A stretch of 64,000 nt of DNA from Scyliorhinus canicula (taxonomy: Eukaryota). The stretch covers positions 42,495,159-42,559,158 of the forward strand of contig NC_052158.1 in NCBI RefSeq assembly GCF_902713615.1, written 5' to 3'. Made by a program: the position numbers and the translations under genes. Shown in pieces: positions 11,656 to 23,700 of this stretch. The notes beneath the pieces were generated by a model. The model saw nothing but the letters and a program-made list of their open reading frames with translations. It was not told the DNA's origin and made no database searches. Position 1 is the stretch's first letter. The number at the start of each line of letters is the position of its first letter.

Positions 11656-12530
11656 TTAATAATAATAATAATTATTGTCACAAGTAGGCTTGCATTAACA
11701 TTGCAATGAAGTTACTGTGAAAACCCCCGCGTTGCCAATTTCAGGTACCTGTTCGGGTGCACGGAGGGAGAATTCAGAATGTCCAATTCACCGAACAGCA
11801 CCCTGGGCCGGATTCTGTGATCCTGAGGCTAAGTGTCAACGCGGTTGTAAACACCAAACCGTTTACCGACGGCGCCAACATGGCCTCAGGATCAGCAGTT
11901 CTGGCCCCTACAGGGGACCAGCACAGCACTGGAGTGACCCACGCAGCTCCAGCTGCCGATCCTGCCGTCAACTGGGTGCCGCATGGTCCGTGGATGTGCT
12001 GCGGCTCCCTTGTCCGCGCCGGCCCCGGCCCCGATGCAACATGGTGTGGGGCTACAGGGGCTGGCGCGGAAGAAAGGAAGCCCCCAGCCTGAGCAGCCGG
12101 CCCACTGATCGGTGGGCCCTGATCGCGGGTCAGGCCACAGCTGAGGCCCCCCAGCGGGGTCGGCCCCCCACCAACAGGCTGCCCCTGGACCCTGTGACAC
12201 CGAGATCCCGCCGCTAAGACCAGGTGAGAAAGATGCCGGCGGGACTCGGATTTTTTTGGTACGGCTACTTGGCCCAGGATCGCTGGGGGGGGGGGCCGTA
12301 GAGCGGCCAGCGCTGCATCGACCATGCCAGCGCCAATGGTGCCAATTCTCCGCAGAGCAGAGAATCACATTCCGGCATTGGGGTGCGATACGCGCTGATT
12401 CTCGGGCCCAGCCCCGGGCTGAGAGTATCCCGCCACACGTCTTTCGGGACTGCAAGAGGAAACCGGAGCGCCCGGAGGAAACCCACGCAGACACAGGGAG
12501 AACGTGCAGACAGTGACACTAGCACAGAAT
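11656..12530 (-). mobile_element. V-SINE variant with (TAA)n tail, interrupted by a GC-rich TIR element (11805-12434)
   Basis: The SINE halves rejoin as ...ACAGCAC|ACGTCTTTCGGGACTG...GGAAACCCACGCAGACAC. The insert has ends GGGCCGGATTCT / GAGTATCCCGCC resembling the Harbinger TIR at 1245. Confidence 0.7.
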
Positions 12531-13159
12531 CAAACCTGGGTCTCTGGCGCTGTCAGACAATTAATATCAACCGGTTGTGCTGATGCTAAAGTCTGTGTAA
12601 CCTCGGGACTCGACAGGCAAGGGAGAAAGCTGCACTAATATTAAACATCTGTAATATCCACACTATAATTCTGAGGCACCGCGAAAGAACTGGAGGGAGA
12701 GGTGTCAGCTGACTAGTGGGGTGCAATACTTTTGCAGCAACTCACTAATACACAGAATAGGTAATCAATAGGTGCAATAACTGAAAACTATGGGGGAATA
12801 AATCACAACCATTTTAATCTCAAAGGTTCAGGATTTCAGTATCACTAACTATTCCTGTGCAAGTACATCTTCATTGCTCAATATCCACAAAGTGCAATAA
12901 CGTTTAAGAGGTGCTGTTTCTTCAAGCTTCACTAGAGCGTAGGAGGGCAGATCTCCATGAGTGGGTAGAGCTCAAAAATATGGCTGTTGACAATTTGCCA
13001 GACTCAAAGGAGTTCAACAATTCAGATCATAACCTCTGCTCACATCTGTGGGTGACAGCTGTCTGTAATGATTCTGCATTCACACCTCTTCCAGATACTC
13101 ATTTCTTTACTGGCTTCATTACCACCCTTCACCTTTTGCCTTGCAACATATCCTGTCAT

Positions 13160-13508
13160 TTAGAACATAGAACATAGAACAGTACAGCACAGAACAGGCC
13201 CTTCGGCCCTCGATGTTGTGCCGAGCAATAATCACCCTACTCAAACCCACGTATCCATCCTATACCCGTAACCCAACAACCCCCCCCTTAACCTTACTTT
13301 TAAGGACACTACGGGCAATTTAGCATGGCCAATCCACCTAACCCGCACATCTTTGGACTGTGGGAGGAAACTGGAGCACCCGGAGGAAACCCACGCACAC
13401 ACGGGGAGGACGTGCAGACTCCGCACAGACAGTGACCCAGCCGGGAATCGAACCTGGGACCCTGGAGCTGTGAAGCATTTATGCTAACCACCATGCTACC
13501 GTGCTGCC
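13160..13508 (-). mobile_element. HE1-like V-SINE
   Basis: Near-identical to the 4707-5047 copy, with an (AGAACAT)n tail. Confidence 0.85.
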
Positions 13509-13659
13509 CCTTTTAAGGTCACTTTTCAATCTTATCACCAATCTTTCTTTTTGTTCCAACCACCTGCTCCCTCCACGCTATGCCTTCATCTCAGCTTTAA
13601 AACTATTTCCAGTTTTGAAAAAAAAAAAGTGTCCATATATTTTTATTAGAACAGTAAAA

Positions 13660-13664
<5 letters not shown>

Positions 13665-13700
<36 letters not shown>
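13665..13700 (+). repeat. (CA)n microsatellite
   Basis: About 17 CA units seen directly. Confidence 0.95.
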
Positions 13701-13702
<2 letters not shown>

Positions 13703-15269
13703 GCCAAACAGTACAAACACTAATTTTGTGTTGGAGAAACAGGGTACCCTCCCCTCAGTACCAATGCAAGGGGAGGGTGGGGGGGGGGGGATACTCTGAT
13801 TATTAAAACAGTTCACACACGTTTCTACAAAAAACAATTGGTACAAACACTAAACTTTGTGCTGGAGAGACCGGATACCCTTGCCTCTGTACCAACAGAA
13901 AGGAAAGGAAGGGGGGTGGTGGGGAGGGAAGGGAAAGGAGGGTGGTGGGGAGGGAGGGAGTCGAAGTGTCCATGTTGCAAATATTCAGATTAGTTTTTTG
14001 AAAATTCAAATTTCTAACATCGGCAGTAGCTTATCCTATTGGTTTCTGTAACTCTTTAAGAGAAGTGAATCCAGTGAATTCGCGAGTGTCTCACAGCAAA
14101 ACCCATGGTGATAACTAGCACCAACTCTAGGATTCATAGAGCAGGAGCCTCAGCACCTCACTGGCTGGAAATATGAAAAACTTTTCAGTGATAAATAAGA
14201 CCTTAAGTGATGCCTTATTCCAAATAATTTCGCCCAAGCATTCAAATAACTGCCCGTTTCCTGTCAACTTAATTAACCCTTTGTGAACAGAACCCAATGA
14301 GAATGAAAACAAAGCACTGGAAAATATATCAGTCTGTCAGCGTCCATGGAGGGAGAAAGTTTGCATTTTGAGACCATATGACTATTCTTAAAGCATGTTA
14401 ACTGTTTCTCTCACCAGACGCTGCCAGACCCGCTGAGTTTATTCAATATTTCAGATTCCCAGCATCTGCAGTATTTAAAAACTTTTGTCCCAGTTAGAGA
14501 ACGCTCAAAATACCAAATTTTAACACATCAGGACATGAAGCAGCAAAGGCTTCCTGTACTCCTCAATAAAGGATCAGGTATCAAGTGGAGAGATTTCTTA
14601 GAATTACTGATCTGCAAACGGAATTAGAAAATCATAAAGACATTTTCTCAGTGCTGAAGAGGACCAGTGTCTGCATTGGCTACTCAAACGAGCCATTTAC
14701 TGCCATTCTCCGGTTCTTTCCCCACAACACTGCTTCATTCTTCCTGTTCAAATTTAATACCCTCTTGTATGCTTTGATTGAACCTGCCTTCACCACCCAG
14801 CCAGTGTATTCAAGACCTGAACCACTTGCTACATGAAAAATTTCTCATCGCTGGTTTATTTTCCCAATTTAATTCAATACCCTCATTCTCAATCCTTCTA
14901 GAGAACGGAACAATTCTCCCCATCTGCTGTCCAGATGTCAGAATTGTAGCAGGTACAGAAGGAGGGCATTCAGACCATCATGGCTGCACCAGCTCTCCAA
15001 ACAAGCAACATAGCTTACTACCATTTACTGTGTGAAAAGAAAGAGAAAATGCTGGAAAATCTCAGCAAGTCTGGCAGCATCTGTAGGGAGAGAAAAGAGC
15101 TAACATGGAGTCCAATGACTTTGTCTGTGTGAAAAGGTTCTCGCATCATATTTGCATATCACTTTAAATGTATGCCCCCTCGTTCTGGATCCTTTTACAA
15201 AGAGAACAGTTTCGCCCTATCTATTTTATCTAGCCCCCTTCATGATTTCTGAACATCACCACATGTTGT

Positions 15270-16185
15270 GTGGCACGGTTGGCAGTGGTTAGCACTGCTA
15301 CTTCACAGCACAGGGACCCCGGTTCAATTCCAGTTTTGTCTGTAGAGTTTACATGTTCCCTCTGTGTCTGCATGGGTTTCCTCCAGTTTCTGGGTGCTCT
15401 GGTTTCCTCCCATAGTCCAAAGATTCTTCGCTCCCCACGCAGCATGGGAGAATCGCAGGAGGGCCCCCCTCGCGATTCTCCCCCCCGGCTCGGAAGAATC
15501 GCCGCCCGCCGTTTTTCACGGCGAACGGCGATTCTCCAAACCCGATGGGCCGAGCAGCCTGCCGTTCACGACCGTTTCACGACGGCGGCAAACACACCTG
15601 GTCGCTGTCGTCATGAAATGGCGCCAGATGCCCGTTTGGGGCTTCTAGGGGGCCATTTGGGGCAAGAGCACCACGACTGCTCAGGAGGGGACAGGCCCGC
15701 GATTGGTGCCCACCGATCGTCGGGCCAGCGTCCAAATCGGACGCACTATTTCCCCTCCGCCGCCCCGCAAGATCAAGCCACCACGTCTTGCGGGGCGGCT
15801 GATGGGAAAGATGGCCACCACACATGCGCGAGTTCGTGCTGTCAGCGTTATGACGTCAGTCGCACATGTCATTAGGCCCGCCGGCCGCGTAATTATCGCC
15901 GCAACACCCCCCCGGCCGATATCTACGGAGCGCCGCTCCTATCCCCACTGGGAGAGGAGAATAGGGGGAGGGGAGCGGCCGCCAATGCCGTCGTGAAACT
16001 CGGCCGAGTTCACAACGGCATTCCCGATCTCGGTGAGGAGCGGAGAATTCCGCCCGTGCTGTTTAGGTTGACTGGCAATGCTAAATTGCCACTGAGCACC
16101 TTTAGTTATGGGGCTAGGAACTTAGTGGAGTGCTGTTCAGAGGGTCAGTCCAAACTCAATGGGCCGAATAGCCAGCTTCAGCACT
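15270..16185 (+). mobile_element. V-SINE interrupted by a GC-rich non-autonomous TIR element (15422-16055)
   Basis: SINE head at 15270-15421 resumes at 16056 (GTGCTGTTTAGGTTGACTGGCAATGCTAAATTGCC). The insert ends GGAGAATTCCGCCC. Confidence 0.7.
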
Positions 16186-16304
16186 GTATCAAATCTCCTC
16201 TCAGCCTCTCCAAGGAGCAGTCCCAACCTCTCAAGGTTACTACCATTACTCAAGCTTCTCATACCAGAAGCATTCTTGTAAACCACTTCTACATTTCCAA
16301 CAGA

Positions 16305-16530
16305 GTTTTTTTTCTAAATTTAGAGTACCCAATTAATTTTTTCCAATTAAGGGGCAATTTAGCATGTCCAATCCACCTAGCTTGCACATTTTTGGGTTGT
16401 GGGGGCAAAACCCACACAAACACAGGGAGAATGTGCAAACTCCACACGGACAGTGACCCAGAGCCGGGATCGAACCTGGGACCTCGGCGCCGTGAGGCTG
16501 CAGTGCTAATCCACTGCGCCACTGTGCTGC
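16305..16530 (-). mobile_element. Short V-SINE subfamily
   Basis: Reverse-complement tRNA head (GGCAGCACAGTGGCGCAGTGG), V-domain and A-rich tail. Confidence 0.8.
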
Positions 16531-16696
16531 CTCCATTTCCAATAGAGTTGACATCCTTCCTATAGTGACACCTAGAACTGTACAAGTTCTGCATAATCTC
16601 CATGCCCTTGTATTCTGTGCCCCTATTAATAAAGACCAGAATATTAACTTTATTAACTGCTCTCTCTCCACCTGTCCTGCCATCATCTATGATCTA

Positions 16697-17042
16697 TGAT
16701 GTGGAGATGCCGGCGTTGGACTGGGGTGAGCACAGTAAGAAGTCTTACAACACCAGGTTAAAGTCCAACAGGTTTGTTTCAAACACGAGCTTTCGGAGCA
16801 CGGCTCCTTCTTCAGGTGAATGGAAAGGCTTGTTCCAGAAATGTTTATATAGACACAGTCAGAGATGCCCCGGAATGCGAGCACCTGCAGGCAATCAAAT
16901 CATCAAAGATGCAGTGAGAGAGGTAACTCCAGGTTAAAGAGGTGTGAATTGTCCCAAGCCAGTTCAGTCGGTAGGCCTCTGCAAGTCCAGGCTTGTTGGT
17001 GGGGGCCGAATGTAATGCGACATGAATCCCAGATCCCGGTTG
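16697..17042 (-). mobile_element. Penelope-like element 3' end with hammerhead-type motif, inserted in a (TCTATGA)n tail
   Basis: The minus strand encodes INRDLGFMSHY (Penelope GIY-YIG C-terminus). CACCTGAAGAAGGAGCCGTGCTCCGAAAGCTCGTG lies at 16818-16784. Confidence 0.7.
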
Positions 17043-17789
17043 ATCTATGATCATAGATCATAGATCTATGATCTATGCACATAGATCATAGATCTATGAT
17101 CTATGCAATGATCCATGTGCACCTATGCGCATAGAAATCTAGCCCCTCTGCTTCTGCACCTCTTATTTGATCTCCATGTTCCAACTACCAAAATGCATCA
17201 CCTCAATTCTCCACGTATCAGCCAGCTATCTCCTCACTCCACCCGTGTCCTTTTGATGTTCTACATTGTTCTCTTCATGCGTTTTGTGTCATTTACAAAT
17301 TGAAATTGTCCCCTATACACCAAGCAAGGGTCACAGTACCAATTCCTGGGAACAGTCCGATAATTACCATTGGCCATTACTCTCAGCTCCGTACTATTCA
17401 GCCAATTTTACATCCGTGTTGCTGCTGTCCCATTCGTTTCATGAATTATAACTTTTCTCACAAGTTTGTTGTATGGCACTGCATTGAAAGCCTTCTGAAA
17501 GTCCAAGTACACCCATGTACTCAAGGAGGGGTTACACAGGAATGACCATAAACTGCCAAATCCCCTGACCCTCTAGGTGAAAAGGAATATTACTGAAAGA
17601 TGTTTGAGGATATTTCCCTGAATTCTTACAAGCAGCAATGATGTCATGGAACTGGTTTCTGAATACTGCAGATTTTACACTGGATAGATTTACAGACAAT
17701 GCCGGGTTTCAGTTGTTGGCAGATCCTCTCTCCGGACACCCACTGACCCCAGTCCATCCCGTCACACTGGCTGTAACTCGGGTACTTAC

Positions 17790-17892
17790 CGGCTCCACTC
17801 TCTCTCTCCCCATTGAAGATGATCAGGCTCCAGATGAGGAGGAATATCCTGATCCACAGGGAGCGGGAATCAGCCGTTCGGAGCAGAGACAT
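17790..17892 (-). CDS. mhc2b: MHC class II beta chain exon 1 (leader peptide)
   Basis: ATG at 17892 gives MSLLRTADSRSLWIRIFLLIWSLIIFNGERESGA, then G|GTAAGT (consensus donor, phase 1). This joins exon 2 in frame (GA-G-AHT). It has a hydrophobic core and lies directly downstream of class II promoter boxes. Confidence 0.85.
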
Positions 17893-17962
17893 TTCCCACC
17901 AGCAGCTCAATGAGAAACTGAAATCATCTGCAGCCCGGGGAGACTTTAAACAGAGAGACTGG

Positions 17963-18165
17963 CCAATCCGGATTCAGTATACACTGACCAATAGGAACTG
18001 AGCAGGAAGTAACCAATTCGAGCAGGAGAACAAGGACCAATCAAAATCAAGAAATAGACAAAAACCGGGAGAGTGAGGGGGAAACTGCCAATCAGCCCGT
18101 GCAAAGGCCAGCCAATCAGAAGAGTGGCTTGAACAACCAATCGAAACGGAGCATCTGTTACAAGG
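17963..18165 (-). promoter_or_regulatory. Proximal promoter: seven inverted CCAAT (Y-like) boxes, an ETS motif and a second X1-like box
   Basis: CCAAT on the + strand at 17963, 17988, 18013, 18037, 18088, 18112 and 18137. CAGGAAGT lies at ~18003. CCTTGTAACAGATG on the minus strand (18165-18152) resembles the X1 consensus CCTAGCAACAGATG. Confidence 0.6.
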
Positions 18166-18173
18166 TTAATGTA

Positions 18174-18398
18174 TGATGTGGAGATGCCGGCGTTGGACTG
18201 GGGTGAGCACAGTAAGAAGTCTTACAACACCAGGTTAAAGTCCAACAGGTTTGTTTCAAACACGAGCTTTCGGAGCACGGCTCCTTCTTCAGGTGAATGA
18301 AGAAGAAGGAGCCGTTCACCTGAAGAAGGAGCAGTGCTCCGAAAGCTCGTGTTTGAAACAAACCTGTTGGACTTTAACCTGGTGTTGTAAGACTTCTT
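18174..18398. mobile_element. Penelope-derived fold-back insertion with 14-bp target-site duplication
   Basis: TSD ACAAGGTTAATGTA at 18160-18173 and 18399-18412. Inverted arms 18214-18297 and 18315-18398 match the Penelope end at 16697-16820. Confidence 0.85.
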
Positions 18399-18503
18399 AC
18401 AAGGTTAATGTAAACCAACCAGAGAAGTGCTGGGTTCTGCGCCGGGCAGATCGGACCAATCGGTGTTGAGACAGACAACCTGTCTACGCAGCCAACAAAG
18501 AGA

Positions 18504-18573
18504 CCAATCAGAGAAACGTTGTGAAGAAACGTCATCTGTTGCCATGTGGCTGAGGTGGTTTATGAAAGGTTTT
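18504..18573 (-). promoter_or_regulatory. MHC class II S-X1/X2-Y module
   Basis: The minus strand reads AAAACCTTT (S-like) ... CATGGCAACAGATG (X1) overlapping TGACGT (X2/CRE), then 21 nt to CTGATTGG (Y). Sequence and X-Y spacing match the conserved CIITA enhanceosome (RFX/CREB/NF-Y). Confidence 0.88.
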
Positions 18574-18729
18574 CGCCCACACGTGCGGGATGATTGGTGT
18601 TGGGAACACAGGCTGCAACTTGGCAATGTCCTCAATATTGGAACACACACCAGGAGGGGAATTAATCAGGCAGGGTAATTTATATTAATCAGAGGGTGAA
18701 CAGGAACCAGCGCCTACACTAAACTTCAA

Positions 18730-20342
18730 TACCAAGCCTGGGATCCAGAACCGTCTGATAGTCCAGTCCAACTCCCAGCCTGGGTCAGAACTGTCTGATT
18801 TAGTCCATTCCCACTTCCTGCCGGGATCCCGAATCGTCTGATTTAGTCCAGTCCAACTCCCAGCCTGGGTCAGAACTGTATGAATTAGTCCAGACCAATA
18901 CCGAGCCTGGGATCCAGAACCGTCTGATAGTCCAGTCCAACTCCCAGCCTGGGATCCCGAACCGTCTGATTTAGTCCAGACCAATACTGAGCCTGGGTCA
19001 GAACTGTCTGATTTAGTCCAGTCCAACTCCCAGCCTGGGTCAGAATTGTCTGATTTAGTCCAGACTAATACCGAGCCTGGGATCCAGAACCGTCTGATAG
19101 TCCAGTCCAACTCCCAGCCTGGGATCCCGAACCGTCTGATAGTCCAGTCCAACTCCCAGCCTGGGTCAGAACTGTCTGATTTAGTCCAGACCAATACCGA
19201 GCCTGGGATCCAGAACCGTCTGATAGTCCAGTCCAACTCCCAGCCTGGGATCCCGAACCGTCTGAATTAGTCCATTCCCACTTCCTGCCGGGATCCCGAA
19301 CCGTCTGATAGTCCAGTCCAACTCCCAGCCTGGGTCAGAACTGTCTGATTTAGTCCATTCCCACTTCCTGCCGGGATCCCGAATCGTCTGATTTAGTCCA
19401 GTCCAACTCCCAGCCTGGGTCAGAACTGTCTGATTTAGTCCAGTCCAACTCCCAGCCTGGGTCAGAATTGTCTGATTTAGTCCAGACTAATACCGAGCCT
19501 GGGATCCAGAACCGTCTGATAGTCCAGTCCAACTCCCAGCCTGGGATCCCAAACCGTCTGATAGTCCAGTCCAACTCCCAGCCTGGGTCAGAACTGTCTG
19601 ATTTAGTCCAGACCAATACCGAGCCTGGGATCCAGAACCGTCTGATAGTCCAGTCCAACTCCCAGCCTGGGATCCCGAACCGTCTGAATTAGTCCATTCC
19701 CACTTCCTGCCGGGATCCCGAACCGTCTGATAGTCCAGTCCAACTCCCAGCCTGGGTCAGAACTGTCTGATTTAGTCCATTCCCACTTCCTGCCGGGATC
19801 CCGAATCGTCTGATTTAGTCCAGTCCAACTCCCAGCCTGGGTCAGAACTGTCTGATTTAGTCCAGACCAATACCGAGCCTGGGATCCAGAACCGTCTGAT
19901 AGTCCAGTCCAACTCCCAGCCTGGGTCAGAACTGTCTGATTTAGTCTAGACCAATACCGAGCCTGGGATCCAGAACCGTCTGATAGTCCAGTCCAACTCC
20001 CAGCCTGGGTCAGAACTGTCTGATTTAGTCCAGACCAATACTGAGCCTGGGATCCAGAACCGTCTGATAGTCCAGTCCAACTCCCAGCCTGGGTCAGAAC
20101 TGTCTGATTTAGTCCATTCCCACTTCCTGCCGGGATCCCGAATCGTCTGATTTAGTCCAGTCCAACTGCCAGCCTGGGTCAGAACTGCCTGATTTAGTCC
20201 AGACCAATATCTAACCTGGGATCCAGAACCGTCTGATAGTCCATTCCCACTCCCAGCCTGGGATCCCGAACTGTCTGATTTAGTCCATTCCTACTCCAGC
20301 CTGGGATCCCGAACCGTCTGATTTAGTCCAGTCCAACAGCCA
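18730..20342 (+). repeat. ~42-44-bp satellite (CCCAGCCTGGGATCCAGAACCGTCTGATTTAGTCCAGTCCAACT), left part, with ~422-bp higher-order repeat
   Basis: Direct tandem units. Identical blocks recur 422 bp apart (e.g. 19041 vs 19463). Confidence 0.93.
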
Positions 20343-20702
20343 TGTCATAATATACACCAGTATATCATGGGGCAGACTCACACACTGATGGACGTACACT
20401 AGGACCAATCAACATGCACAAACACCGCAGCCAATCACCAGTTAGAACACACTCACTATAAAGGCAGAGGGCATCACTGTTCCCGCTCATTCTGGATGCT
20501 GCCTCTCAGAAGCACAAGAGCTCATCAGGTACAGTACAGACTCACACATGCTGAGAGATTCGGACAGGCACAGGTCTCTAGTTAAACTAGCATTGTGTAA
20601 ACCCACAGTTATAGCATGTCTAGTATTTTATAAGAGTTAATAAAATAGTGTTGAACCATCTTCACTGTTGGTGGCATATGTCTGCTTCACGAGTGCCCAA
20701 CA
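20343..20702 (+). mobile_element. Ty3/Gypsy element 5' LTR
   Basis: TGTCATAATA...GCCCAACA, followed by PBS-like TGGTACCAG at 20708. Homologous to 58819-59197. Confidence 0.9.
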
Positions 20703-20793
20703 CCTTATGGTACCAGTAGTTGAGGGATGTTAGAACTTCTGAGACATACCTTCCAGTGATCAGCCTTCCACCAGTCTTCAGCCATCCTGCAGT

Positions 20794-23700
20794 ATGGACA
20801 GCGTTCGCCAGCCGCCCTCCCTCCGCATTAACGGGAACCTGGGCTCCGACTGGAAGAGTTTTAAACAGCGCTTCCAGCTGCACCTCGAGGCCAGGGACCT
20901 GGAAGCTGCCTCGGATACACGGAAGATTGCTCTCTTCCTCTCCACAGCCGGGGAACATACCCTTCACATCTTTAACTCGCTCACCTTCGCTGACGGGGAA
21001 GATAAATCAAAGTTCAAGATGGCCCTCCTGCAAAGTCGAGGTAAATGAGAGCTTCGAGCGCTATATTTTTAAGCAGCGCTTACAGGGTAAGGACAAACTT
21101 TTCCAGTCCTTTATCACCCACCTCCATGTCCTTGCGCAGTCCTGCAACTACGGGTCCACCTTTGACTCCATGATACGCGATCAGATAGTTTTTGGTGTGC
21201 AGTCGGAGCCCCTTCGCCGGCAGCTTCTTAAGGTCAAACAGCTCACCCTGTCCACTGCCATAGAGACCTGCGTGTTCCATGAGCACGCCTCCATGCGATA
21301 TTCCTGCATCCAGGCCGCTGAAACGGCGCGGCAAGCTCCCCATGAGGCAGAATGGGTCCAGGTCATCAAATCACTCCAGGGCCTAAGCCTGCACGAAGGC
21401 GCCCATTTTGCGCGCTTTTCACGGACTCCCGTGCTGGGACGCAATGAACATGGCAACGTCGAAGAACGTACAGCGTAGGCGCGCACCACGCTGGATCGCA
21501 CCACGCATGCGCGGTGGCGTAACGAACGCGCCGACGCAACGGCGTGCGGCAACTGTGGCTCCGCCCACTTAAAGCGGCACTGTCCTGCGAAGACCCGACG
21601 CTGTCTGCAGTATGGCAAACTTGGCCACTATGCTGCTTTATGCAGGTCCACTCAGCCTGCTGGTTTCCGAAGATCCAGCCAGCCTTGCAGGGATGTCCGG
21701 GCCATTCATCCCACAATCAACGAGCCTGTCCCAGACCTGTCCTCCGAATTTGACAGCGATGACCTGCAAGCCCCTTTCCAAATCGGCATCATAACCAAGC
21801 ACAGGATGTCTCCTAAGTGCAGCACCAAGCCCATTCCTATACACAGCATTGATCCGGATGATGAGTGGTGTGTCACCCTTATGGTCAACCGGTCCCCTGT
21901 GAGGTTCCGCCTGGACATTGGCATCTCCGCCAATCTCATTGCATCGTCTGACCTTCACAACCTCTGTGTCGAGTCTGCCATCCTGCCATCTGCATGCCAA
22001 CTGCTTGATTACAGCGGAAATGCCATTGCTGCCAGTGACTCCTGCCAACTCATGGTGACGCACTGTGCTCACACAGCTGTATTATCCTTCGAGATCGTTG
22101 CCGCCTCGAAAGCCTCCTTGCTCGGTGCGCAGGCATGTAAGCTGCTGAATTTGATGCAGAGGGTTCACTCTCTCTCTCCCAGCCACGCAACTCGACTCCA
22201 TCATCCAACAGTACCACAATGTCTTCGAGGGCATGGGCACGCTCCCATATACATACAAGATTCTACTCAAGCCAAATGCCACGCCTGTAGTTCACGCACC
22301 TTGCAGGGTCCCAGCGCCCCTTAAGGCCGGCCTCAAGCAATAACTCCAGGACCTCCAGGACCAAGGGGTTATCTCCAGGGTCACGGAACCGACCGACTGG
22401 GTGAGTTCCATGGTCTGTGTGAAGAAACCGTCCGGTGAGCTAAGGATTTGCATAGATCCTAAGGATCTTAATCGGAATATCATGCGGGAGCACTACCCGA
22501 TTTCCAAACGTGAGGAACTCATGTGTGAAATGGCCCACGCCAAACTCTTCACAAAACCCAACGCCTCAAAAGGCTTCTGGGAAATCCAGCTGGATGAATC
22601 GAGCAGAAAACTGTGCACATTCAACACCCCCTTTGGCAGATACTGCTACAACCGAATGCCATTTGGCATCATCTCAGCGTCCAAAATATTTCACAGAATA
22701 ATGGAACAGATGATGGAGGGAATTGAAGGTGTCCGTGTCTACGTCGACGACATAATAATCTGGTCCACCACCCCGCAGGAGCACATCAGCTGCCTCAAGC
22801 ACGTCTTCAAGTGCATACATGAGCATGGCCTCCGCCTCAATAGAGCCAAATGCTCTTTCGGCCAGTCGGACATTAAATTCCTGGGTGACCACATTTCCCA
22901 TTTGGGTGTGCGGCCGGATGAGGACAAAATTGCTGCTATTACTTCCACGAAAACGCCCGAGGACAAGAAAGCGGTCCTCCGGTTCTTGGGCATGGTAAAT
23001 TTCCTGGTAAGTTTGATCCCAACCTCGCCTCGCATTCCACGGCTCTCAGGAACCTGGTCCGGAAGACAACGGACTTCCAGTGGCTCCCTCCCACGAGCTC
23101 GAGTGGAGGGAACTGAAGGCCAAGCTATCCACGGCCTCAGTTCTGGCCTTTTTTGATCTGGCTAAGGAAATGAAAACCTCTACGGACGCCAGTCAGTCTG
23201 GGATTGGAGCCGTGCTTCTGCAGCGTGATGAAGCCTCGTCATGGGCCCCCGTTGCGTATGCGTCACAGGCAATGACCCCCATGGAACAGCGCTATGTGCA
23301 AATAGAGAAGGAGTGCCTCGGCCTTCTGACCGGTGTCATGAAGTTCCACGACTATGTTTATGGACTTCCCCAGTTTACTGTCGAGACCGACCATCGTCCG
23401 CTCATCAACATAATACAAAAGGACTTGAATGATATGATGCCTCGCCTCCAACGCATCCTACTCAAGCTACGGAGGTATGATTTCCAACTCGTTTATACCC
23501 CTGGCAAGGACCTTGTCGTTGCTGACGCCCTTTCCAGGTCGGTCACCACACCATGCGATCACGAAGGGTTCGTTTGCCAGGCTGACGCCCAAGTTCAGTT
23601 CGCAGCCTCCCACTTGCCAGCATCGGATGCATTTGGTACAAATTCGCCGCGAGACAGCGGCTGACCCCCTTCTGCAGCGTGTCATGCACCTAATGATGGA

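Noticed and set aside
18685-19692. Repetitive ORFs (WELDWTIRRF..., MSDLVQTNTEPG...)
   Set aside because: Satellite translations.
5953-20342. 34-bp and 44-bp repeat arrays as CRISPR
   Set aside because: The units are head-to-tail with no unique spacers, there are no cas genes, and the context is eukaryotic.
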